From assembly GCA_964035545.1 (NCBI GenBank), contig OZ037767.1:1995680-2059679 (forward strand): a DNA stretch of 64,000 nucleotides. Reading direction: 5' to 3'. Numbering within the stretch: position 1 is the first letter of the stretch; each line of letters opens with the position of its first letter. Made by a program: the position numbers and the translations under genes. The notes under the pieces are model-generated. The model had not been told where the DNA came from. It searched no databases and worked only from the letters and a program-made list of their open reading frames with translations. Shown here piece after piece: positions 38,101 to 47,511 of the stretch. Origin of the DNA: Bugula neritina (taxonomy: Eukaryota; Animalia; Bryozoa).

Positions 38101-41100
38101 AGGTCTGCTCGTAATCAATACCGTGTACCTGTGTAAAACCCTTGGCAACATAGCGTGCTTTGTATTGTAGTTCACCGGCAGTTTTTCCTTGCTTCAGGGT
38201 GTAAACCCAACGTCCTTGTGTTTCAGTGCGGTTGTCAGGTAGATGTGTAAGTTCCCAGGTCTCGTTGTTGTTGAGTGTTGTGACTTCGTTGTCCATAGCT
38301 GCTTTCCACTTGTCAGAATTTTCAGAGTTGATGGCTTCATCATATGAGGATGGGATGAGTTGTGTAGCAGCATAGGCGTAGTCAACTGTAGCTATGGTGT
38401 AGTAATCAGCAAGGTGTTTGGGTGGTCCAGCGTTGCGTTTTGGTCTGTCAGCTGGAATTGTTGGAGTTGTCTGCTCACCGTCAGTAGCTTTCTCTGTTTG
38501 GATTGGTGTAGTGTGTTCTTCGTCAGTATGTTCAAAGTCAGTAGGTGTGATGTCAGTAATGTCAGTGTCTTGATGTATGCGTATGTTGCGTGTAGTCAGT
38601 ATGTTATTGTTTCTGCTATTCAATACATAGTATGCTTGGTTTAATGGGTTGATGCCCAAGAAGGTGCCGTGCTGACCACGTGCATCGAACTTCTGTTTAT
38701 GGCCCTCGATGTAGAATGTACACTTCAAGCCGAATCTGTGTATGTGCTTCATGTCTGGTTTCCTCCCAGTGAACATCTCGTAAGCAGTGGCTCCAGTGCG
38801 TCTTTGATAGGCACGATTCCTCAAGTATTGGGCGTAGCGAACAGCGTAAGGCCAGTAGGACTTGTGTAGTGAAGAGTCAGATATCAGGCATCGGGCCATC
38901 TCTAGCAAGCTTCGCCATGTCCGTTCAGCTTTTCCGTTCTGATAGGGAGTGTAGGGAGCAGTAGTGGAGTGTTTTATGCCATTGTTCTGTAGGATAGTTT
39001 GAAATGTAGCGCTGACATATTCTCCACCATTATCACTGTGTATTTCTCTTATTTTTCCAATAGGGGCTACATCAGCAATGAGCCTTTTTAGGGCAGTCGT
39101 CGCTTCGTCTTTTGTGCGTAGGGTGTAGACAAATAGCATGCTAGTGTATTCATCTACAAAGTTTATCACATATCTGTGTCCTTCACGTGATGTAGGTTCT
39201 ATCGGTCCGCATATATCTGTATGCACACGCTCCAGAGGTTTTGTAGCATGTTTTGGAGTAATGTCCTCTGACTTTGGTTGTCGCGTAATTTTGTTTTCTG
39301 TACAAACTTGGCAATTTATGGTTTGTTTGGTGTTTGTAACTTTCATTCCTTGTGTCACTTTCTCCAAGGATAGAATGTCGTCATAGTTCATGTGTCCTAA
39401 GGTTAGGTGCCATTCATGAAGGGTTTTGACTGTGAAAGTTGAGTTAGTTGAGTATGTATTCTCAGTTTTTGCAGTTTTTGTCAAGTTAGCTGTCTGAGGT
39501 TCAGTAGTAATTGGGTGGTCAAGTGTGAGGTCAGTCATAGTTGTTGCACTCTGCTGTATAGCATCTGTAGGCAAAAAGAACAAATTTCCTTCTCTGATGA
39601 AATTGAAAGTTGTGTTGTGTGAGGTCAGGTTAGCAGTATCTTTAGTGAATGTTACTGTACCTCCTGCGTCTGTTGCAGCTCTTACTGAGAATAAGCTTGC
39701 TGGGAATTCTGGTGCTAGCAGAGCATTCGTGAGTTTGACTGTATGGGGCGTGCTTTTGTTATCCAGTATGGTGTATTCAGCTACTCCTCTTGCTATAGCC
39801 AGTGTGTTGCTGCTGTGACCATCAGCGAGCTGTATATAATGTTTGTTTGGGTCGAAGTCTGGGTCGTAGCTTGTAAAATGTCTTTTGTCATTAACAATGT
39901 GGCAAGTGGCACCACAGTCAACTAGTAGTTTGTCTCTTGTCAAGTTTTGTCTGGGTGATTTGCGTGTAGTTGTGTCAGCGTGTGTTAGAGTAGCAGTAAA
40001 TGAAAAGTTTGTCATTTGATGTTGGTGTGTTGATGTTTGCAGTGCACTCTGTGTTTTCTTCTTCTGGAAACATACGCTTTCAACGTGTCCATTTTTGTAA
40101 CAGAAGTTGCAGGTGAGTTTAGACTTCGATCTGCATTCTTTGGTGCTGTGGTTGGCGCGTCCACATGAGAGGCATTGTTTGTTGGCTGGCTGAGAGTTAC
40201 GTCGTGTCTGTGAGTGTATTTGTGGCTTGTATTTATAGTCTTCTTTAGCTGCTAGTGCTGTAGAATGTGCGGTAGCTCTGATAGATTCAGTGTTAGCATG
40301 GTTGTGTAGAGCGGCTTTAAATTCTTTTAATGTCTTTTTTGATTCACTTTGTGTGTGAACTACCACAAATGAATTATAAGACGCAGGCAGTCCTTTTAAT
40401 AGCATAGCGATTACTAAATTATCAGATATGGTCTCACCTGCTAGCCTGAGTCCTGTAGCAGCACTTTCAGCGCGTATTAGGTAGTCAGTCACGTCTTCAG
40501 TGTCAGTCATAGTAATGGTAGTTAGAATTTCATAGAGTGTCATGATGCGAGGTTTTTCTGTGCTGGCATAATGGTCTCTCAAAATTTTCAGAGCATCACG
40601 TCCATTGTTCTCCGCATCATTCATGATGAGTTGAAGTGATTTTTCATCCAATACTTGTACTAACTCAGCATATGCTCTTCTGTTTTTCTTATTGAAATCT
40701 GTGTCCTCAGTTTCATCACTTGATAGGGGAAGAATGGCCTTGTGTACTCCACTGTCCAGTGTGTATAAGTAATTTATGAATCTTGTTTCCCAGATTTTAT
40801 AAGCTGTAGAGTCTCCATTAAATTGTAGTTTGCTCCTGGGCCCATAACCTGTTGAGCTAGAGGCTGATGCCATCTTTGTAATGTTAATTATTGTGATTAA
40901 ATAAGTAGAGCTGTAATTCACAGAACCATTATATTTTATGTATATTGAGGAAGAGAAAAAAGAAAAGAATTGTGGGTAATATAATAATATAAAAGACTAA
41001 TTACAATATATTGTGAGTTATCCACACTTGCTATTTAGACATAAGAGAAAAGATAATTACTAACATGAGTGTTTTAATAGCATTGGTAATATTATGTGAA

Positions 41101-44018
41101 TATTATATGCATTGTCATTAGAGCGGAAGATTGCATTCTATCAACATCCTTTTGTTTGTATTAGATTTCCTGTTGTAGCTAATAGTGACCAAATGCTATT
41201 AGGATTAGTTAAAGCAAAACCCGCCTTAACTATGCCATATAAAGACTTTAAATATTTACAGTTAGTATTACAAATAATTTCATGTTAAAGATTTGACTTT
41301 CTCAATAAGATACAACAAGTTCACAATAGATTTTAAGTAAATGTTTACTCATTCACAGTATGTATAATGTAATAGGATATTAACAACATGAAATGTGTAA
41401 AGAATAGGGCATGAGCACTGTACAGTGCAACTAGTACATTTTTTTAGTATCATAGTTTAATATTATTGTGCATATTATATAAAATGTGGTCAATCTGTCA
41501 ACTTAAAAGTAAATTAAATACTTTTTAAACTTTTTTTGTGAATTATCAAAACAAATATATGCTTAAGTCATGGCCAAAGTAAAATAGTAAATAGGGGTAT
41601 CATTTTTTATTTACTACGTACAATGTGAATTTCGTACAAACTCAAATGACTCTATATGTCTATTATTCGCAATAATTATGTTAGAAAAGTATATAATGAA
41701 TTTTGAAAAAACTACTCTCTTATATAATGTTACTCTACACTGTAAAACGTTTTTAAAAGTCTTCTAAGTTTTACAACTTTATTGTGACATATAAAATATG
41801 CTACATGTATTACCCCTTAATGTGTAGTACATTGAATATATTACACGGTGTATATAATAATATATTATAATAGTTACACATATGTTATATTACATACTGC
41901 ATATATTTCCAGAGTGTAGAATACTCATGCAGATAGTAAATCAGAAACCCAAACAATGATAGAATTAGTTCATGTTTCAGTCAACAGGCTTGAATTTTGA
42001 AATTTAAAAAACTCAGACAGTGGGGGGGGGGGTTGAAGGAAAGATTTTTAACCATTGCAGTTTTGAGTACGATTTGTATTGTGTATGTATAACTGCATAA
42101 TTATATAAGAATAAAGAGTTGAACTTATTGACATTGTGTCTTCACTATTTAATAGCTACTTGTAGATTAGAATAAAGCCACGTATTGCCGGACACACACT
42201 ACAGTGCAATAGCTCATGATGCACTGCAGAGTAAAATAGCTATTACTGTAGCTATATCTGAGATGAACACATGCCATGAAGGAAGACGATCATGTTTGTA
42301 AAGTAGTTGATGGAGAACAGGAAAAAGTTAGGAACTTCTGACTTAAAGTGATAAATATTAAAAGAAATAGGAAAAAAATTCCCTACTAATAAGCAGTTAT
42401 ACTTGAATTTTGACGATAGGATCAATAAGCCAATGAAAAGGTGCAGCAGACAAACTCACAAGGCAAAGGTTGACTAGCCCTGTCGCTCGAAGGATGTTGT
42501 AGGCACTTCCTGTAGACATGGCCGACTCCTTGTATATGTCAGCGAGGCGTGTCAGGTAATATATGATGTTGTAGTCGTATGCTTCTTCGTCATCACTACA
42601 ACATGAGAGTACTGGTGTATGGTTCTATGCGCTAGACACGCACACACACGCCCACACACACGCCCACACACATGCCCACGCACATGCCCACACACGCACA
42701 CTATTTAATATAATGTAATCTTTGTCTCAAAACTTTATTGGCGTAAATTAATCTTATATTATATGATGAATTGTACCTACACGTCACTTGTCCACTATCA
42801 ATGATCTTTCAACTACCTTTCACTCACCTGCTGTCAACTATCACACTTGCATGACAGCTACCTTTCACTCACCTGCTGTCAACTATCACACTTGACAGCT
42901 ACCTTACACTCACCTGTCCTCAATGGCACTTTTCAGAGCTTCTCTAAAGTTCTTCACACAAATTCTTTCTTGATCTCCAAAGGTTGCATCTGGAATCCTA
43001 CTCAGCCTTCCTCTTGGATCTTTATCTAAAAATTTGTTTCAAAGGTTTATTAAAAATTCTATTAGAAGAATTCTTGTGAAAATTCAATGAATTAGCCCTA
43101 AGAAATATTAGGTAACCAGAGATCAAACTGTAAACTTGCCTGGGCTAGGTTGGGTCACAAACCCGTGACTTTGGCCATTTGACCTTGCTCTGGTGTTTCT
43201 AGGTCGGATATATTCTGACTGATGCCTCCGCGGTATTCTAGAAATTAGGTCATTGTTTCCTGTTTGCCTTGACCTCGTATAGAATAGATCTTTTGATTGG
43301 CTGGTGACAATTGGTGAACTACCTCCATCTGATCTACTTCTCCCAACTTGTGTTTTCTGGGTCAAGTGCCTTCTGGGATTCTAAAGAGGACCATTCTGGA
43401 ATTATTTCACTAAACTAGTCTACATATAGCTATAGCTGCTTGCAGAATTCAAACTTTAAAGCAAGGTAATAAACCATCGCTAATTAGCTCCTCACTAATA
43501 TACACAAGTAAACTAAAACAAATTATATATTTACAAAGTTCTGATGCTGTGGTCAATACAAAATGTTTGCATATTTCTGTTAATAACTGCAGTTATAAAA
43601 TGCCATCTAACAAACAAATGGATCTAAAAAAATGCTAAAGAAATTGGTTTGTATTTTTTCTATATATTTCTAAGTAGCTATAGGTTGCCTATTCTTATGC
43701 TTTATTCTTTCACATGATTATTTCAATTATGATCCTATCCCCATAATTTAGGTTGAAAAACTCTTATATATTTTTTTCTAGAATAAAATGGAAGGTAGAT
43801 ATTTTAAAGCTTACGAAAATAAATATTTATAACTACAATAATAATAATATATAGTTGAAACAAAATATGAGTGCAAGAATTATATGAAGCTGGTGTCTTC
43901 ATTTAGAAAAACACATTTTATCAGATGCTATACCATCAGCTGGTATAATAATTACTGGTCTAACCTTAACCTCTCTCCTAACATGGTGGTACTCAATATT
44001 GCCTTCTGGTGCCGACAT
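32111..44018 (-). CDS. DUF294/GlnD-N-like (pseudo)nucleotidyltransferase with TPR-like helical repeats, eight exons, ~1005 aa
   Basis: Exons 44018-43965, 43380-43140 (GC donor), 43025-42914, 42595-42460, 35876-35717, 34954-33149, 32914-32719 and 32423-32111 total 3018 nt with all phases compatible. GRSPCK...SPYE...YFKNVLTVFSMKVIDIGE..L.NLQIRSLN resembles the recalled invertebrate/bacterial DUF294-TPR family (G.PPC.Y...GLGSLAR.E.TPYSDLE...YFR.LT...HLKVINLGET.L....I.SLN). C-terminal TPR-like segment LAQAQMKRGNYSEALYYW. The gene structure is better supported than the family call. Confidence 0.65.
35178..35697. repeat. 20-bp minisatellite in intron 5 of the DUF294-like gene
   Basis: Tandem TGCTATAATATGGTATAGAA units with periodic longer variants. 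Confidence 0.9.
36509..36805 (-). repeat. 3' LTR
   Basis: Identical to 40850-41146; TGTTGA...TCAACA termini. Confidence 0.95.
36800..40873 (-). CDS. Copia gag-pol polyprotein, 1357 aa from the first ATG
   Basis: Two CCHC knuckles; protease LVDCGAT; integrase HHCC and D,D,E (HTDICG/HSDNGGEY/NGKAER); RT QMDVKGAYL and FWVDD; RNase H YADSDWAG/EAEY/CDNQGA/ADILTK. Domain order PR-IN-RT-RH is Copia type. Confidence 0.97.
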   Translation of the reverse strand: MASASSSTGYGPRSKLQFNGDSTAYKIWETRFINYLYTLDSGVHKAILPLSSDETEDTDFNKKNRRAYAELVQVLDEKSLQLIMNDAENNGRDALKILRDHYASTEKPRIMTLYEILTTITMTDTEDVTDYLIRAESAATGLRLAGETISDNLVIAMLLKGLPASYNSFVVVHTQSESKKTLKEFKAALHNHANTESIRATAHSTALAAKEDYKYKPQIHSQTRRNSQPANKQCLSCGRANHSTKECRSKSKLTCNFCYKNGHVESVCFQKKKTQSALQTSTHQHQMTNFSFTATLTHADTTTRKSPRQNLTRDKLLVDCGATCHIVNDKRHFTSYDPDFDPNKHYIQLADGHSSNTLAIARGVAEYTILDNKSTPHTVKLTNALLAPEFPASLFSVRAATDAGGTVTFTKDTANLTSHNTTFNFIREGNLFFLPTDAIQQSATTMTDLTLDHPITTEPQTANLTKTAKTENTYSTNSTFTVKTLHEWHLTLGHMNYDDILSLEKVTQGMKVTNTKQTINCQVCTENKITRQPKSEDITPKHATKPLERVHTDICGPIEPTSREGHRYVINFVDEYTSMLFVYTLRTKDEATTALKRLIADVAPIGKIREIHSDNGGEYVSATFQTILQNNGIKHSTTAPYTPYQNGKAERTWRSLLEMARCLISDSSLHKSYWPYAVRYAQYLRNRAYQRRTGATAYEMFTGRKPDMKHIHRFGLKCTFYIEGHKQKFDARGQHGTFLGINPLNQAYYVLNSRNNNILTTRNIRIHQDTDITDITPTDFEHTDEEHTTPIQTEKATDGEQTTPTIPADRPKRNAGPPKHLADYYTIATVDYAYAATQLIPSSYDEAINSENSDKWKAAMDNEVTTLNNNETWELTHLPDNRTETQGRWVYTLKQGKTAGELQYKARYVAKGFTQVHGIDYEQTFSPTTRFVSIRTLLQQAANEGLHLHQMDVKGAYLNAPIDKDIYVQQPPGYEQTDSNGTPLTCHLKKSLYGLKQSGRNWHSTLTDFLKEQGFTPNQSDQCVYTYHAENGDQIIILFWVDDIIIACNNLELIGTTKEMLNNKFKMDDRGEINWFLGIDFKRLKNGNLQISQERYAESILNRFKMNKCKPVATPAEKGLVLKKATDEEHNEFIKQQFPYRQAIGSLIYLMTGTRPDISWIVSKLSQYLDRPSPTHVAAVKRLLRYIQGTKQYTITYTPTDGKLVGYADSDWAGDVEDRRSTTGYVVTLGGAPICWKTKKQPTVALSSCEAEYMALADATKELLYLRTFCNSINMLQPDVTTLHCDNQGAISLTDDRPGQHSRTKHIDIRYHFIRQQSAIVYDYIRTDENKADILTKPLGAILHRNAVTQLQIEGAC
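40835..40849 (-). other. Primer-binding site (copia-type, internal tRNA-iMet fragment)
   Basis: GGTTATGGGCCCAGG immediately follows the 5' LTR; same type as the Drosophila copia PBS. Confidence 0.85.
40850..41146 (-). repeat. 5' LTR
   Basis: Identical to 36509-36805; contains the gag ATG (40873-40871). Confidence 0.95.
42637..42701. repeat. Compound (CA)-rich microsatellite
   Basis: CACACACGCC-type units. Confidence 0.8.
42811..42918 (-). repeat. 41-45-bp tandem repeat that triplicates a splice donor
   Basis: CAG|GTGAGTG occurs with the intronic G at 42913, 42872 and 42827. Confidence 0.85.
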
Positions 44019-45700
44019 GATGATCCTCTTCGTTAACTAGCGGCAACATAACCTTCCGCAGCCTCTCTATTCTTGTGTGATTGTATGAGTGCACGAGGTG
44101 TGGTTGCTTAGTGTCTCTATGCAAATATTTCTCTACACTCAACACACTTTATGACACACTAGCAAACTAGGTTATACGTAGTCTTTATACATAATACCTA
44201 GAAATTACCTAAATTATTGATATACATTTTAACAAGTATACGTATAGTTTCATAGACTGAAGGGTCACTAGTGTTTAAATTTATAATTTATGACAATGAA
44301 TGAGTGTTGATTTCTAAATAATTGGCCATATCGAAGGTGAAACTTCAATAAGTATTATTTACTTTTCATTATAACTATTTCAATGAAGTGTATGTAGCAA
44401 TCAATATCAGCCTAGTGACAAAAACCTATCTCATCTAACATAGCAGCACTCTTTAACATTTCTCTTTAAACATGATATATCACTGACGTGATCAATTATC
44501 TATAGTTAAACATATCTTATTGCTAATTCTAATGCTAAAAAAAACCCATGGCAGATGCTACTTGTAATGCTTCAAAATAGGCTGTCAGGGGTTACCATCA
44601 ATATGCAATATTCATCATAGAATATTTATTTGATAAATAAAAATATTTTATACTGTTTTGTGTATTAAACACCTTCATACTCATGCTTAAGTATTACACT
44701 ACATATGCCATTAGATTAAAACATTTTTGTTATTCATAATTCAAAAATGCGACTCAAAGCATAACCATTTTTCGAAAATTTGAGAAAATTCATTAGCTGC
44801 CAGACTGAGAAGACAAACCTGAAATTTATGTCCACCACTTAAATTGAAAATGTTTTTGCATTTTTCTAAAAGCTATGGCTTATTAGTGACATTACAAAAA
44901 TGAGAAGATAATTTCTAACGAAGAAAGTTCCTAAGTGCATTTTATGATTCACAAAACAAACTATATTAAAATTGCATAAGCTAGCAACTTTTGAGTTATT
45001 ATCCATTGGTTTGAGATGATAACTCTAATTTATTCTGAGTATTAAGTCTGCAGTAATTCATTGCGCAGAAAGTACGATGTCTAGGATAAACTTTTCAGCA
45101 TCTTAGCTGTTTTTTAATCAAGAATACAAAGGTGTAACATGTTATTTGGGACAATAAGTGATTTTAAAAGTAACTAAATTTTTTTAACAAATTTTTTGGT
45201 GACTCATATTTAATTCTATTATAACAGATGACTTTCTTATTCGGCAGTTATCAGTGAAATATTAATAATGAGCTGTTTTGTTATTTTCTTGTATAAGAAA
45301 ATGGTTTTTCTTTTAATTTTGGATAAAAGAATTGTAATTAGTTTGTAAGCCTATATGTGCACTTAGCACTTTTCCTCACTCTAAATAAAACTTACCACAT
45401 GATTGATAAATAAGAGGACTTTTTTTAAGAAGCCTAAAAATCTGGGAAGACAAATCCAAAAGTAGCTGATCACAATAAAACTATTAAAATGAATGAAACT
45501 ATAGAAGTAGATTTTGAATTTTGACAAATAGAAATGATTTTACGTATTGTGTTGCCCATATATATTTTAGTAGCACTTTCTAAAATTTGGTTCTCTGGAA
45601 GTCTTCATTCTTGTGAAAACCCCAAACCTCTCCCCCCCCCCTCACTGAAGGTTTCGACTGGGCTAAGAACTGCACAAAAGTAATGCATTAGCAATTATGA

Positions 45701-45800
45701 CTGGATGCTCTTTCTAACATCACCAATGGCTTTTACTGGGGGTTGAACCTATGACCTCGGGTTTACTAGGCAAACGCTCTGACCCCTAGACCACAGTTGC
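45701..45800 (-). mobile_element. tRNA-derived SINE relic
   Basis: Minus strand: A-box-like TGGTCTAGGGG, B-box-like GGTTCAACCCC, then TGTTAGAAAGAGCATCC; colinear with 58701-58791. Confidence 0.65.
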
Positions 45801-47381
45801 AGCATACACAGTTCATAATTTATGTTTTAACAAAAGACCTATTTCCTCGATATATATGTATAATAAAAATGTAGCAGTAGGAACTATTTGCTATCATTTA
45901 AGTAACATAAGTGAAATCATAAAAATGAAAAATTTTAAACAGCCCATATATAAAACATAAACTATCAAAAACAAAACTGCTATATATAATTTTAGTACTG
46001 CTAAAGATAATAATGACAATGATAATAATTAAGTATTATTGAGTATTATTGAGTTATTGAAAACTACACATTGAATTCTACCTCTAATAGAGGAGAAGAT
46101 AACTTCCATATGGTGACTATATGCTCCCATATCTGTCAACTAATCTTAGCAATTGTTACATAAAATGTGAAATATAGGAATAGCTGTTCATAGAAGTTAT
46201 TTTATTATCTTCGAGATCTGAGTTGTCTGTACATTTCTTCATATCAGTACAACATAAGCTATTTGGAAGAACTGAAAATGTTGCTTAAGAACTTTGATTA
46301 TGCAAGTCGCTAAATGAAAAAGGCTGAACTTGGCTGGTTATTGAATAAAATACAAAAAAAATAGAAGATTATAATTTTGTATTAGAATAATTTAATATTA
46401 AGAATGGAAGTAGTAAAAATATATATTTAAGATATAATAATTCATGCAGTGGCGAAGGTAATGGCATAAACAGGCCGTAGTGAGCTGTTATTGCCATTCA
46501 GCAGCAAATGCTCTTTACCATTTAAGCATTATTGATTTATTTCTTGCCACAAGAAATCTAAAAGCTCAGTCAATCTTGTTTGCTTGGGCTAACATGTCAA
46601 CTTCCTTTAGTGATTTTCTAAACGATTAAATAATAATCCCAACTTATCTCTTCACTTTCTCAAGTATACAACACGATATATTCAGGAAATGGTGTAGGGC
46701 TAAGCGTAATGTCGGCTGTTTGCTCGTTTGGGTCTAAGTTCTGGTCTACAAGTATTAGTTTCAAGCTTGAAGGAAGTTGACGATTATGTGCTGCATTAGC
46801 CGTGAATATCTTGAATGCTGTACAAACACTCGCTAAAGAATGGCCTTGGTCTGGCGTATTTGTTTTAGATTATTAAGTACTGTTTTAGTAGTTGGTATGT
46901 TTTAAAGATCAGAGATGCTTGTTTACATTGTTTTATAAAATCTCTTTAAGCATCAATAAAATTATAGAAAAAGTTGATAAAGTAATTTAAGACCCAACAG
47001 ATTGATTTGAGCATACAAAAAGATATCTGCTACTTAGTAGCAAATCAATAGAGATACTTTGATCCTCTTAACCTGCGATATACTTAACTTTGTATAGTCA
47101 TATGATGTATTCAACACATGATGGGCAGCGTTTGTTTTCATGTTCCATACGAGATGCTACGTCCGTGTGTACAGGTTATGTCTTATGTATAAACTAATAT
47201 ATAATGGCTGTAATATATGTCCATATAGCTGATAGCACACGTAGGGTATATGTGCATTCGTCAAATGTATGTAGATTACACCTACGATATTTACCTACAT
47301 TTAGAGTACATGCATGTGGTTAAATGAATGTATATAGCTACTTACCTCATGAAGATTGTATAAGGCTTAGGAACTTAAGAC

Positions 47382-47395
47382 TATATATATTTGTG

Positions 47396-47448
<53 letters not shown>

Positions 47449-47511
47449 GGTCACCCGTACAGGACTATGACCGTATAGGTGTGAAATATATATATATATA
47501 TATATATATAT
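47382..47511. repeat. (TA)n microsatellite interrupted by a ~39-bp GC-richer insert
   Basis: Direct reading; insert at 47447-47485. Confidence 0.9.

Larger units (their letters stand above)
36509..41146 (-). mobile_element. Full-length Ty1/Copia LTR retrotransposon, very recent insertion
   Basis: 297-bp LTRs (36509-36805, 40850-41146) are TG...CA and identical by eye. TSD TCCTT at 36504-36508 and 41147-41151. PBS GGTTATGGGCCCAGG; purine tract GAGGGGGCG. Confidence 0.97.

Noticed and set aside
36466-41210. Host exon interrupted by the Copia (joined flanks read KSNTNKRKQQQFVQ)
   Set aside because: Exon 42595-42460 splices in phase directly to 35876-35717 with family-like continuity; the extra exon has weak splice sites and is unnecessary.
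45701-45800. Functional tRNA gene (also 58701-58791)
   Set aside because: Cloverleaf stems are degenerate, and a shared non-tRNA tail indicates a SINE.
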